From an uncultured delta proteobacterium (GTDB taxonomy: Bacteria > Desulfobacterota > Desulfobacteria > Desulfobacterales > QNYZ01): a DNA stretch of 64,000 nucleotides. Position 1 is the stretch's first letter, and each line of letters opens with the position of its first letter. The notes beneath the pieces were generated by a model. It was not told the origin of the DNA. It was given only the letters and a program-made list of their open reading frames with translations, and ran no database searches. Positions 40,966 through 51,421 of this stretch are shown piece after piece. The translations under genes were made by a program, and so were the position numbers. The DNA lies in NCBI GenBank assembly GCA_963845145.1, contig CAWJQU010000004.1, forward strand, positions 96,001 through 160,000, written 5' to 3'.

Positions 40966-41679
40966 ATGGGTATGACACCATCTGACAGGCACAGGTTTAT
41001 CGTATCGGCAGTGATGTTCGACCTTGACGGAACATTGATCGATTCCATCAATGTATACTTCAAGGTCGTGGAAACGGTTTTGAAAAAACTAGCGCTTCCA
41101 CCGGTATCCCGGAAGGAGATTCATGCCGCGGTTGAAGACGGCCGATTTAATTGGCATCGGGTGATACCGGAATATTTAAAAGACGAAGCCGATGCGTTGG
41201 TAGCGCGCCTGATACCCCTTGCCAGAGAAGTTTACCCCGGAATCTTTCGTCGAGAGGTCGGTTTTTTTAAAGGGGTGCCAAAACTGCTGGCTCATATCAA
41301 TGGGATGGGGGTAAAAACCGCCATTGTCACCGCAACGCCCAGTGATAACATGGCGGAAAAATACCGGTTGCTTGAGACACAAGGTGTGGCTAAAAACATC
41401 GCCACGGTTGTTACCAACGATGATGCCCCTCGACCCAAGCCGGCACCGGATACCTTATTGGAATGTTGTCGGCGACTGGCCGTGAATCCCCGACAGACCG
41501 TATACGTTGGTGATACGGCGTTAGATATTCAGGCCGGAAAGGCCGCCAAGGCGATGACGGCGGGCGTCCTCACCGGATTTGATGACCGAAAAACCTTAAA
41601 ACGAGAACATCCTGATATTATCGTTGAGCAGGTGACAAACCTGAGTGATATGGTTATTAAATTTAATAATATAGACTAA
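40966..41679 (+). CDS. HAD-superfamily phosphatase (Gph/PPaX-like)
   Basis: FDLDGTLIDS, KPAPD, YVGDTALDIQAG. Confidence 0.9.
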   Translation: MGMTPSDRHRFIVSAVMFDLDGTLIDSINVYFKVVETVLKKLALPPVSRKEIHAAVEDGRFNWHRVIPEYLKDEADALVARLIPLAREVYPGIFRREVGFFKGVPKLLAHINGMGVKTAIVTATPSDNMAEKYRLLETQGVAKNIATVVTNDDAPRPKPAPDTLLECCRRLAVNPRQTVYVGDTALDIQAGKAAKAMTAGVLTGFDDRKTLKREHPDIIVEQVTNLSDMVIKFNNID

Positions 41680-41731
41680 TCGTTTGACCCAGTAGCTGTC
41701 GGTTACCCTGTCCGGCCAAAAAGGAGCACCT

Positions 41732-42250
41732 TTGGACCTCTCTTTATTCGAACAGATGGAAGCACCTGAACTTCGAAAGTACATCGCCTTTTTATTGTGG
41801 CATTATCGGGTGGTGGATGCATTTTGGTACTTGAATATTGCCGGTGAATTCGATGAGGCTAAAGCGGATCAGATCAACGAAAAAGTGTGGGGTAAGGTTG
41901 CCGGTATGGCCGCCCGGGACCTGGTCGAGCGTTTCGGCATCCATGAAACCGGACTAAAAGGCTTTGTCAAAGCGTTGCGGTATTTTCCCTGGTGTATATT
42001 GGTCGGTTATGAGATCAAAATAGAACCGGAGGCGGTATTGATCCATGTGCCGTCTTGCCCCACCCAGGCAGCGCGTGTTCGTCGCGGGTTACCGGAATAT
42101 GCTTGTAAGGAGATGCACCGAAGGGAATTTGCAAGCTTTGCCGCGGAAATCGATCCGAAAATACGCGTTCAATGCCTCTTTGCGCCCCCCGATCCCCATC
42201 CCGAGGAGATGCATTGTCAATGGCGATTTATCATTGATGGTGACGAATGA
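41732..42250 (+). CDS. Conserved hypothetical Cys-containing protein (DUF6125-like)
   Basis: TTG start after [36 protein letters not shown]. Confidence 0.6.
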   Translation: MDLSLFEQMEAPELRKYIAFLLWHYRVVDAFWYLNIAGEFDEAKADQINEKVWGKVAGMAARDLVERFGIHETGLKGFVKALRYFPWCILVGYEIKIEPEAVLIHVPSCPTQAARVRRGLPEYACKEMHRREFASFAAEIDPKIRVQCLFAPPDPHPEEMHCQWRFIIDGDE

Positions 42251-42341
42251 GCCTTTATGGGATGGATTTCTGTACGAATCGTTAGACAATAAACCATATG
42301 GATGTCATTTCATACATCTTATAAAGCCTATGGGTGGATAT

Positions 42342-42833
42342 ATGCAGCAGAAAAAAAACGGTTTTACCCGGTTTCGCCAGACCCTTGGCCTTCGCTATTT
42401 TGGTTTTCGCAAGATCCCCATGCTGTTTTTTACACGGCCGTCGGTAATCACCCTCACAGCCGATAAGGTGGTGATTAAGATCGCCTTTCGGCGGCGAACT
42501 AAAAATCACCTGGGATCTATGTATTTCGGAGCCCTGTGCGCGGGGGCGGATTGCGCCGCCGGGTTGGTTGCCATGAATCTGATCCAAAAGCAATCCGAGC
42601 CCATCGCCTTGATTTTTAAAGATTTAAAAGCCGAATTTTTACACCGCGCCGAGGGTGATGTCTATTTCCATTGCCATCAGGGACGTGAGATTATCGAACT
42701 TGTTAAAAAAGCAGCAGGATCGGAGGACAGGGTTGAAATGCCAGTTCATGTGGATGCTATGGTACCTGATCAAAGCGAGGAACCGGTAGCCAAATTTATC
42801 CTAACGCTGTCTTTGAAAAAGAAAAATCTGTAG
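42342..42833 (+). CDS. Hotdog-fold thioesterase-like protein (DUF4442/PaaI-like)
   Basis: RRTKNHLGSMYFGAL..GAD, IFKDLKAEFLHRAEG. Start moved to 42342. Confidence 0.75.
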   Translation: MQQKKNGFTRFRQTLGLRYFGFRKIPMLFFTRPSVITLTADKVVIKIAFRRRTKNHLGSMYFGALCAGADCAAGLVAMNLIQKQSEPIALIFKDLKAEFLHRAEGDVYFHCHQGREIIELVKKAAGSEDRVEMPVHVDAMVPDQSEEPVAKFILTLSLKKKNL

Positions 42834-42949
42834 GCCGAAACGGTATCGCAACATCAATTGCATATTCATCGATCCATATTTTCGATTCCGCATTATTTTT
42901 TAAATTATTTTTAGTTAAGAATTTGATTGATTTGCCGATATATTAATTC

Positions 42950-44089
42950 ATGCCTCGTATTTTAATAACATTATTTTCTATTTTATTTGTTTTATGCAAC
43001 AGTCCGAATGTTTTCGCCCATACTGATATTTATCTACCTCAACCCCGTCAAGCGCAACTCTCTGTCGGCGGGTTGACGCTTGATCACGGCATACCGCTAA
43101 AAGCGATCATTAATGACCCCAATCCCCCTGAAATACTTAGAAGAATTCCACGCCCTCCGAACCTTTCCGTTGATCCGGCATTGGCTAAGGCAAGCTTTTC
43201 CATTGCCTATATTGCCGATGGTGGCAGTGACAAGTGGTACGAGCCTTGTTACGTTTTTCCTCAGGCGGCCAGGGATGTTTTTGAAGCGGCAGCCGCTGTC
43301 TGGGGGAATATCCTTCAATCCGATGTACCCATTACCATTAAAGCCTGTTGGGCGGATTTAGGCAGTTCTTCAACCCTTGGATACTCGGGTGGGGGGCCGT
43401 TACACAGAGATTTTACAGGGACCCCCCGCGCCAACACCTGGTTTTCAGGCGCACTGGCCAACGCCCTCTATGGCTCCGACCTCAGCAGTTCAAGTTATGA
43501 TATGCATATTACCTATAATGGAAACTTCAATTGGTATTATGGCACGGATGGCAATCCCGCGGGTGACGAGCATGATCTTTTTACCGTGGTTCTGCATGAG
43601 ATCGCCCATGGGCTCAATTTTTCCGGTTCAATGACCATGTCCGGAGATGTCGGAAGCTGGGGATACGGTACAGGTTACCCCGGCATTTATGACGTATTTG
43701 TTCGGGATGCTTCGGGCGATGAATTAATCACTTCATATACAAACGGTACAACGCAGCTTGGCGATGCACTCAAATCAAACGGGCTCTATTTCCACGGTAG
43801 TAACACCATGATTGCAAACGGCAATAACAGAGTCAAAATTTATGCACCCGCTACATGGCGGAGTGGTTCCAGCTATTCCCACCTCGACTACGCAACTTTT
43901 AATAATACCGCAAACCAACTGATGGTATATGCCATTAGTGCCGGGGAATCGATTCACGATCCCGGCGTTGTTACAAATGGATTGTTGGAAGATCTGGGTT
44001 GGCAAATAGAGGTTTCGACTGATCCACCTGAAGAGCCATTCCCCTGGGAATTATTTCTTCCCGCCATACTTAATGGTCGTGTAAGATAG
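42950..44089 (+). CDS. Secreted zinc metalloprotease-like protein
   Basis: Signal peptide ending VFA; VVLHEIAHGLNF (HExxH); GSSYSHLD. Confidence 0.75.
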   Translation: MPRILITLFSILFVLCNSPNVFAHTDIYLPQPRQAQLSVGGLTLDHGIPLKAIINDPNPPEILRRIPRPPNLSVDPALAKASFSIAYIADGGSDKWYEPCYVFPQAARDVFEAAAAVWGNILQSDVPITIKACWADLGSSSTLGYSGGGPLHRDFTGTPRANTWFSGALANALYGSDLSSSSYDMHITYNGNFNWYYGTDGNPAGDEHDLFTVVLHEIAHGLNFSGSMTMSGDVGSWGYGTGYPGIYDVFVRDASGDELITSYTNGTTQLGDALKSNGLYFHGSNTMIANGNNRVKIYAPATWRSGSSYSHLDYATFNNTANQLMVYAISAGESIHDPGVVTNGLLEDLGWQIEVSTDPPEEPFPWELFLPAILNGRVR

Positions 44090-44169
44090 TTGATGTGAAG
44101 GCGATATAACCAGCACCTAACCATTAAATTAAACTTGAATCTCTGTCATGCCCAACCTATAATAAAATC

Positions 44170-45396
44170 ATGAACCTGTATCTCATTTTAATTGTAGGCA
44201 TTATCCTTATCAGCTATATCCTTGATCTCACCGTTTCCGGACTTAACCTGAAATCATTGGATCCCCGTCTTCCCGAGGAGTTTGCCGATGTATTCGATGA
44301 CCGGCGCTATGCGCGATCCCAGGATTATACACGTACGACAACCCGGTTTGGCCTGATCAAAGGATCGATTATGACGGTCCTCACACTATTTTTTATCTTA
44401 ATGGGCGGGTTTAACTGGGTTGACGGCCTGGCAAGAAGTGTCGGGGTGGGAACCATCGGTACAGGGCTTCTGTTTACGGGTATCCTTCTCATCATTTCGG
44501 GGTTGGTGGGTTTACCTTTTACCGTTTACGGAACGTTCGTCATTGAGAGCCGTTTCGACTTTAATAAAACCACGGCCGGCACTTTTATGCTCGATATGGT
44601 GAAGGGTATCGTGCTAACGGTACTGATCGGCGGCCCGATTTTGGCCTTTATCCTCTGGTTTTTTGAAAAGGGCGGGGATTGGGCATGGTTTTATAGCTGG
44701 ATGGGCATTGTCCTAGTAACGCTGGTCATCCAATGGATTGCGCCGGTGGTCATCATGCCCTGGTTTAACAAGTTCACACCGATAGAAGAAGGTGAACTAA
44801 AAAGCGCTATTTCCGATTATGCCGCGAAGGAAAGGTTTAAGATCGAAGGGATCTACACCATGGACGGATCCAAACGATCGACCAAATTAAACGCCTTTTT
44901 TACCGGGTTCGGCCGGTTCCGGCGGATCGTTTTTTTTGATACACTCATCGAAAAACTGTCCACCGAAGAGATTATCGCCGTCCTGGCCCACGAGATGGGC
45001 CATTATAAAAGGCGACATATTTTTAAAATGCAGTTTGCTTCGATTTTACAGATGGGGATACTTTTTTTTATCCTATCGCTGTTTATCAACAACTTGGGGT
45101 TGTTCGCCGCCTTTAAAATGAACCATGTATCCGTATACGCAAGTTTGATTTTTTTTGGTTTCCTCTATTCGCCGATCAGCACCTTATTGTCAGTCATATT
45201 TAATATTTTTTCCCGGCGCCACGAGTTTCAAGCCGACTTATATGCACGGGCCTCCACCGGGCAATCGAAAACTTTGATCAGCGCTTTAAAAAAACTGAGT
45301 AAAAGCAACCTTTCAAACCTGACACCGCACCCGCTGCACGTGTTTCTAAATTATAGCCATCCGCCGGTACTGGAGCGGATCAGGGCATTGGGATAA
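44170..45396 (+). CDS. M48 family membrane zinc protease (Ste24-like)
   Basis: MDGSKRS, NAFFTGFG, VLAHEMGH, HEFQAD, YSHPPVLERI. Confidence 0.93.
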   Translation: MNLYLILIVGIILISYILDLTVSGLNLKSLDPRLPEEFADVFDDRRYARSQDYTRTTTRFGLIKGSIMTVLTLFFILMGGFNWVDGLARSVGVGTIGTGLLFTGILLIISGLVGLPFTVYGTFVIESRFDFNKTTAGTFMLDMVKGIVLTVLIGGPILAFILWFFEKGGDWAWFYSWMGIVLVTLVIQWIAPVVIMPWFNKFTPIEEGELKSAISDYAAKERFKIEGIYTMDGSKRSTKLNAFFTGFGRFRRIVFFDTLIEKLSTEEIIAVLAHEMGHYKRRHIFKMQFASILQMGILFFILSLFINNLGLFAAFKMNHVSVYASLIFFGFLYSPISTLLSVIFNIFSRRHEFQADLYARASTGQSKTLISALKKLSKSNLSNLTPHPLHVFLNYSHPPVLERIRALG

Positions 45397-45548
45397 AAAA
45401 GGCGGTACGCTTGACCCTATGTTATTTTTGGGAAAAAAGGTAAAATCCAAACCAAAAACAGTGTGATAATAAGAATCTGTCGATGGGGTGGCACTGTCGG
45501 TGCCGGAGAGAACATTATTTCCGTATGACGGGGCCTAAAATACCGTGG

Positions 45549-46001
45549 TTATGCGGTATACCTTTTCATGTCCTTGACTTGTTCTTGCCTGCGTCCGATA
45601 AGCCCGCCGATCGTGATCTCGTCTAGGCGTTCGAACATGGCTTTGCTGGCCTCTATCCATACCCAGCGGGATAGACAATCCCCGGCCTGATTGCAGATCC
45701 CGCAGAGTTTGTCCGATCTTTCCGCGCAATCCGTAATGGCCGTGGTTTTCTCCAGGGCTCTGACGATATCTCCGACTTTAATTTTGTCGGCCGCTTTGGC
45801 CAGCATATGACCGCCGTATGGGCCCCGATGGCTCTTTACCAGACCGGCCGTTTTGAGATTGCCAACCAACTGCTCGAGATATTTTAAAGAGATATTTTGG
45901 CGTCGAGAGACATCTCTCAATGAAACGGGTGTTTTTTGTGCATTGACGGCGAGATCAAGAATTAATCGGGTGCCGTATCTGCTTTTTGTGGTTAGTCGCA
46001 T
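45549..46001 (-). CDS. rrf2: Rrf2 family transcriptional regulator
   Basis: MRLTTKSRYG, ISLKYLEQ, RGPYGG and a Cys cluster; lies downstream of hmc. Confidence 0.85.
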   Translation of the reverse strand: MRLTTKSRYGTRLILDLAVNAQKTPVSLRDVSRRQNISLKYLEQLVGNLKTAGLVKSHRGPYGGHMLAKAADKIKVGDIVRALEKTTAITDCAERSDKLCGICNQAGDCLSRWVWIEASKAMFERLDEITIGGLIGRRQEQVKDMKRYTA

Positions 46002-46137
46002 GTGCTTATAGACAGGTTTTTATTTACCAATAATTGTCCGTATGATTAAGAAGGTGGACTTTTTTTTCACGCATGCATTACATATCAGGTGGAATCGAAA
46101 TATAATTTTTAGGCCTTCCTGTTTGTGAAACATCCGA

Positions 46138-47631
46138 TTAAGACGATCTGGTGGCGTTGGTCAGGTTAGGTTTAGCCGGATGAACTAAAGGCAAACAGAT
46201 CTGAAATTTCGAACCTTCCTTGAGCTTTGACTCAACCTTAACCGCTCCACCGTGTTGCCGAATCACATGATGGGCGATAAACAGCCCTAGGCCGGTCCCC
46301 TGAGACCCCTTGGATGAAAAAAAGAGGGTAAACATTTTTTCCCTGGTCTCCTGGTCCATTCCCATCCCATTATCCTCAATGATGACGCTAAGTCGGTCAA
46401 GACGATTTAAATATGCTTTAAACGTCACCTGGTGTTCCGATTTATCGTTGTCAGAGATACAGGCATCGATAGCGTTCTCCAGGATATTGATAATCGCGAC
46501 TTCCACCCAGTTGGGGTCCACTTCGATATTGCCCAATGACGGTGCAATGTCGATGTTTAAAGGGATGTGATTCTTTTTCGCCAGGGGCTCTACTGTTTTG
46601 ACAATATTCCAGGCCATCTTCTCCGCATCCACCTGCTGATAGTTGAGCTCCCTGGATTTGGCGTAATAAAGGATCTCAAGCACCATTTTTTTGATACGCT
46701 CGGACATTTGTTTGACTTGCTCAAATGCCCGCTGAATCCGGTCGGGGTTTTGTCGGTTAAGGCCCGATTCTAATTGGTAAAGGCCGCCATCAAGGGCTGT
46801 CAGCATCCCTTTAACGCCATGGGACATGGATCCTAGCATGAGCCCCAGAGATGTCAGATGGTCCTGCAGTTGTCGTATTTGAGTAATATTGGTGGAGATT
46901 TCCATCACCTGGGTGATTTGTCCCAACCCATTACGAATAGGAGCGGTCCAGGTAATGACATTGACCTGTTCACCGGTTTTCGATGTGACGATCTCCTCTG
47001 TTGAATGGGGTTCCCCGTCTTCAAAGGTTGCGGCCACCGGACATTCCTGACAGTGTGAGGCACGATGCTTGTAAATCTGAAAACAGTGGGAACCAATTTC
47101 GTCGCCGAAATCTTTTTTAAACATTTTATTCGTCGCAGTCAGGCGAAAATTACTGTCCTGGACTGTAATATAGCAGGGAACTTCATCGAAAAGCTGCTGG
47201 TAAAGGGCTTGGGCATAATTAAGGTCGGTAATTTTTCTCTCATATCGGCTTAATTTATGCTCAAGATCGATTCGTTCTATGGCTTGTATAAGGGCGAACC
47301 TTAATGCGTTACTTTTTACCGGGCGAGATAAATAGCAGGCCGCTTCAGCATTAAACGCCTCCATGGCCGAATCAATATTTTTCGGGTCAGTTATAATGAT
47401 GAGCTGTGTCCGTGATTTTGACTTCTTTCTTTGTTTTAAAAGGTAGATAATTTCACCGTCGGGCAGGTATGGATCGGCGACAATGATGTCGGGAGCGAAA
47501 TTTTCAAAGCCGATCAATACGTCTTCGCTCGTGCTGGCAATAAAGACGTTTACCTGTTGTCTTTCAAGATAGGTCTTGAGCGCCTGGGCGTGGCTTTCGG
47601 ATTGGTCGACAAGTAGTACCTTATGGGCCAT
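46138..47631 (-). CDS. Sensor histidine kinase (REC-PAS-HisKA-HATPase)
   Basis: N-terminal receiver-like domain, Cys-bearing PAS-like segment, SMSHGVKG H-box, NILENAIDA, DNGMGM, GTGLGL. Confidence 0.88.
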   Translation of the reverse strand: MAHKVLLVDQSESHAQALKTYLERQQVNVFIASTSEDVLIGFENFAPDIIVADPYLPDGEIIYLLKQRKKSKSRTQLIIITDPKNIDSAMEAFNAEAACYLSRPVKSNALRFALIQAIERIDLEHKLSRYERKITDLNYAQALYQQLFDEVPCYITVQDSNFRLTATNKMFKKDFGDEIGSHCFQIYKHRASHCQECPVAATFEDGEPHSTEEIVTSKTGEQVNVITWTAPIRNGLGQITQVMEISTNITQIRQLQDHLTSLGLMLGSMSHGVKGMLTALDGGLYQLESGLNRQNPDRIQRAFEQVKQMSERIKKMVLEILYYAKSRELNYQQVDAEKMAWNIVKTVEPLAKKNHIPLNIDIAPSLGNIEVDPNWVEVAIINILENAIDACISDNDKSEHQVTFKAYLNRLDRLSVIIEDNGMGMDQETREKMFTLFFSSKGSQGTGLGLFIAHHVIRQHGGAVKVESKLKEGSKFQICLPLVHPAKPNLTNATRSS

Positions 47632-47779
47632 ATTCGTTTCTACGTGTGCGGATTAATGATTCGCCAAGAGGAAATTGTTTAAACGCCATCGTGTCCTAAG
47701 ATACTTAATGAAACGATGGGAGAAGAAAATAGATATTCGAGTGGTCGGTATTTTAGTTAATTCGATTCAGTCGGTAGCG

Positions 47780-48133
47780 TTAAAGAATATTCTCTTTGAC
47801 AATTTTCAAAAGTTTTTCCCGGTCAAACGGTTTGTTGATGGTTGCTACGGCCTTTCCAATGGCATGCTCAATACCGGAAAGTCCGCTGATGACGATCACG
47901 GGAATGTTTTTCAGGTTTTTTTCCAGGGTCATTTTACGATAGAAACGGGGCCCCCACTCATCGGGCATTTCGATATCCAGCGTAATTAGATCCGGGACTT
48001 CTTTTTTGGCGATTTCGATTCCCTTGGTAGCGTTTTCCGCCGAAAAGACAGTGTAGCCGTTATCTTCAAAGAGCGTAACGAGGTAATTGACAATATTGGG
48101 ATCGTCATCAATCACTAATATTTTTTTTCCCAT
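47780..48133 (-). CDS. rrf1: Single-domain response regulator (Rrf1-like)
   Basis: ILVIDDD, PDLITLDIEMPDEWGPRFYR, KPFDR; context downstream of hmcF. Confidence 0.75.
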   Translation of the reverse strand: MGKKILVIDDDPNIVNYLVTLFEDNGYTVFSAENATKGIEIAKKEVPDLITLDIEMPDEWGPRFYRKMTLEKNLKNIPVIVISGLSGIEHAIGKAVATINKPFDREKLLKIVKENIL

Positions 48134-48178
48134 TGATAACTCCTCTTTTCCAAATTGTAGCAGATGGTCAGTAGCGAC

Positions 48179-49078
48179 TCACTTATTGATGCTGATCACG
48201 GGGCAACCGGCTCTTACGATAACCTGTTCAATGTTGCTGCCGAGCCGTTTATCTTCCGCATTCATCTTTCGTGTGTGGTGGGCCATAACGATCAGATCGG
48301 CAAACTTTTCTCGCGCATATTTAACGATTTCGATATAGGGAATCCCTTCCCAGACATCGAAAGAGTATTCCTGGTCTTTTTGGAGTTTCTTGATATATTT
48401 ACCCCGAATTCGTTGCAAAGATTCTCGAATTTGGGTCTCGATTTCATCTTGGGTCATCAGTTTGCCCAGATGGACATCACTGATATCAAGGGCATGAAAT
48501 ACATGAAGTTCACAATCAAGGGCCTTGGCGATTTTTAAGGCAAAGCGAAAAGCCGCATCCGATGCTTTGGAAAAATCGGTGCCGAATACCACATTCGACA
48601 TGCCGCCCCAGAATGACGCCGCAGCGCGATTGACAATCAAAACGGGGCATTTAATCGATTTGGCTACTCGCTGAAGGGTGGATCCGACCATGCTTTTTTT
48701 ATATACCGAAACGCCTTCTTCTTCGGTACTGCCCCCCATGATAACCAAATCCGGTTTTAAAGCGCGCGCCTCTCTTAAAATTTCACGATGCGGGTACCCG
48801 ATAACTATTTTAATGTCGATGTTTTTAGCGGTATCGAGCTGTTTGGAATAGTAAGTCTTGATCTCCTCTTCCACCCAAGACACATATTCGTCATCGAGTT
48901 CGACTTTTTCGCCGGTCTTGACATCCATAACCAACTGGCTGTAGCCCCGTGTGGGAACGCCCAGCACATGTAAAAGCGTCAGGTGTGAATCATAGCGCTG
49001 GGCCATGTCAAACGCAACCCGGGCGGCGTAATCACTAGCGGGAGTAGCTGATGTGGCGAAAAGGATATTTTTAAACAT
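48179..49078 (-). CDS. Tandem-domain universal stress protein
   Basis: FKNILFAT...VGSTLQRVAK...CPVL and FGTDFS...LGSNIEQVIVRAGCPV. Confidence 0.9.
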   Translation of the reverse strand: MFKNILFATSATPASDYAARVAFDMAQRYDSHLTLLHVLGVPTRGYSQLVMDVKTGEKVELDDEYVSWVEEEIKTYYSKQLDTAKNIDIKIVIGYPHREILREARALKPDLVIMGGSTEEEGVSVYKKSMVGSTLQRVAKSIKCPVLIVNRAAASFWGGMSNVVFGTDFSKASDAAFRFALKIAKALDCELHVFHALDISDVHLGKLMTQDEIETQIRESLQRIRGKYIKKLQKDQEYSFDVWEGIPYIEIVKYAREKFADLIVMAHHTRKMNAEDKRLGSNIEQVIVRAGCPVISINK

Positions 49079-49121
49079 GAGTCACCTCGTCTACGAATAT
49101 TCGATGATTTCGCGGGGCGTG

Positions 49122-50510
49122 TTATTCTTTCGGCTGTAGATGCTCAGGAACTACTACCATGCTGATCAAAAGCGGCTTAAGGAATGACCATTCAATTCCT
49201 ATTTTATACTCTTCTTCAAGATCCCGAATCGCATCCCAGCAGTTGTGACAGGGAGCAATCACCAATTTTGCGCCGGTGCTTAATATTTGATCCCTTTTGG
49301 TTATCAAGGCCTTATTGCGCTGGGGACGAAAAAGTCCGATTCCATTAAATCCACCACCCCCACCACAGCAATAGTTGTGTTCTTTATTCGGTGCCATGTC
49401 AATAAAATAACCGGGCTCAACAATATAGCTTAGTATTTCACGGGTGATTTCTTTTAACCCGTGGTTGCGGACATAGTTGCACGAATCCTGAAGTGTCACC
49501 GGTTTTTTCAGTCGCTTAGAGGGATCTACTTTGAGTTTTCCGGTACGTAACGCCTCTGCCAGCCATTCAATGTAATGGATCGATTTTACCGGGGGTTGCC
49601 CGTCTTTTTTGCCGGCCCAGTATGGCCCTTCAATGACGGTGGCGCGATGGGCATGTCCACATTCGGTGCCCACCATCCGTTTGGGCTTGAGTCGCTCCAT
49701 GGCGTCGTACACGCTTTCAACTTGCATTTTGCAAGCCGCCCAATCTCCGGCGAACATGGCCAGGCTGGTTTGTTCCCATCCTTTTGAGGGCACTGTCCAG
49801 CTTTCACCGGCCAGATGGAAAAGGATGGCCGCCTCAGCCAAATCCTCCGGGTAGTGCTTCACTTCTCTGGCATTGACCGTATACATAATATTGGCCCCGA
49901 CTACATCTACCGGAACTTCAAGGCCGGGGTAGTCATCTTCATATTCTTCCACCATCCACTCAAAGGTTTCGACAAAATCTTCATCGGTTACATCCATTTG
50001 AGCGCGGTAAACCCTGTGCATCCCTGCACCGATTTTCATTTCCCAGGGAACAAAACCTTGTTGATAGAGCAGGCCGCGCAAATAACCGAACATGACACCC
50101 ATGTCGATTCCATGGGGGCAATACATCCCACAGCGATTGCAACAGGTGCACTTGGCCCAGGCCGTCTCCATGGCCATGAGCATGAAGTCATTGTCTACTT
50201 TGCCCTTGCGGTGAACAATTTTACCAAGGGTGGACTGAATTTTATAGGCGGGCACCTGTTTTGGATCGCGATCATTGATTAGGTATAAAAAGCAGCTGTC
50301 GGCACACATACCGCAATGGGCACAGATTTCAAGCCATGTCCGCAGTCTTGACTTTAAAGTGTTTTGGATGGTTTTCCATAAAAGCTCCTGGTCAACGTCC
50401 AGGCTTTTCATCTCTTCATAGTATACCTTACCGCTTTTATCGGCTAGAAGCGTTTTAAGTTCTTCTTCCGTCTCAATCGGTTTTTTATAGCAAAGCGTCC
50501 CTTCAGGCAT
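49122..50510 (-). CDS. hmcF: HmcF, cytoplasmic Fe-S/CCG-domain subunit (HdrD/DsrK-like)
   Basis: [36 protein letters not shown]; operon position. Confidence 0.92.
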   Translation of the reverse strand: MPEGTLCYKKPIETEEELKTLLADKSGKVYYEEMKSLDVDQELLWKTIQNTLKSRLRTWLEICAHCGMCADSCFLYLINDRDPKQVPAYKIQSTLGKIVHRKGKVDNDFMLMAMETAWAKCTCCNRCGMYCPHGIDMGVMFGYLRGLLYQQGFVPWEMKIGAGMHRVYRAQMDVTDEDFVETFEWMVEEYEDDYPGLEVPVDVVGANIMYTVNAREVKHYPEDLAEAAILFHLAGESWTVPSKGWEQTSLAMFAGDWAACKMQVESVYDAMERLKPKRMVGTECGHAHRATVIEGPYWAGKKDGQPPVKSIHYIEWLAEALRTGKLKVDPSKRLKKPVTLQDSCNYVRNHGLKEITREILSYIVEPGYFIDMAPNKEHNYCCGGGGGFNGIGLFRPQRNKALITKRDQILSTGAKLVIAPCHNCWDAIRDLEEEYKIGIEWSFLKPLLISMVVVPEHLQPKE

Positions 50511-50543
50511 GCGTGCATTCTCCTATATCGGTAAATCTTTTCA

Positions 50544-51221
50544 TCACCAGGCGATTTTTTTCCCCTGCATTCCTCCCCGCTTGATCGCAAAGTCCATCCC
50601 AAGTTGTGCCCGTGATGCAAAAAATAGTATTATATGTGACAACTTGGTAAATGGGATGGCGATAAGCAGCGCCTCACCACAGAGGATATGAAATATCAGC
50701 CAGAATGAATACTCTCCGACCTGGTAACGGGCAATCAGCCCGGTGATAAACGGGGCCGTGGATAAAAATAAAATAAAGTAATCGTAGCCGGTCGTTAATA
50801 TTCGAACCTCAGGCAGGGCAATTCGTCTCAGCGTCAGCAAGATGGCACTGATCAAAACCGCCCATGTCAGGATATCGGCCACGGTTGAATTTAAAGTGAA
50901 AAGGGAAAAGCCCAACTGGTCCCTTAAAATTTCATTGTGGGCCAAAAGAAAAATGGGTACCAGTATGGCCCCAATATGAAATCCGAAGAATATGATCGTC
51001 ATAAAAGGCTGTTTGCGCCACCCATAGGTGCCGAAAGGAAGCAACCACCGGAATATGGATCTTAGTGCGCCTTTAAACCCCTGTGCCGGATGGGCGCCAT
51101 AAGCGACACGGTCTAATTGCCAGCTCAATCCCCTTATATACCACACCAGGCGAACAATCAGGCCGATAAGGCAGATACCGACAGACAGCCAGAGCATAAA
51201 ACCGGTTAAAAATGCGTACAT
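50544..51221 (-). CDS. hmcE: HmcE, NarI-like membrane cytochrome b subunit
   Basis: Multiple TM helices with conserved His (FHIG, LAHN, FHIL, KLSH). Confidence 0.88.
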   Translation of the reverse strand: MYAFLTGFMLWLSVGICLIGLIVRLVWYIRGLSWQLDRVAYGAHPAQGFKGALRSIFRWLLPFGTYGWRKQPFMTIIFFGFHIGAILVPIFLLAHNEILRDQLGFSLFTLNSTVADILTWAVLISAILLTLRRIALPEVRILTTGYDYFILFLSTAPFITGLIARYQVGEYSFWLIFHILCGEALLIAIPFTKLSHIILFFASRAQLGMDFAIKRGGMQGKKIAW

Positions 51222-51259
51222 GAATATTTCCTTTTAGCGATGCATAACGTGTCGTAAGC

Positions 51260-51403
51260 TTAATACGTTCTCTTTTTGGAATCCCGTCCGGTTAAATACC
51301 GCCAGAACAGTAGAAATCCGATCAGGATGCCACCTAAAATAATATAGGTGATACTTTCCGTGTGAAGCATGTATTCGTGCAAAGTATAAAACAGATGATC
51401 CAT
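51260..51403 (-). CDS. hmcD: HmcD, small membrane subunit (47 aa)
   Basis: Missing from the ORF track. MDHLFYTLHEYMLHTESITYIILGGILIGFLLFWRYLTGRDSKKRTY, SD AAGGA, located between hmcC and hmcE. Confidence 0.85.
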   Translation of the reverse strand: MDHLFYTLHEYMLHTESITYIILGGILIGFLLFWRYLTGRDSKKRTY

Positions 51404-51421
51404 TTCACGTCCTTTTTTAGC

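Noticed and set aside
42045..42341. N-terminal extension of ORF 42045..42833
   Set aside because: Overlaps the upstream gene in another frame; the hotdog-fold domain starts at 42342.
46121..46140. Rex-type operator (TTTGTGAAA) upstream of rrf2
   Set aside because: Only a half-site; the second arm is absent.
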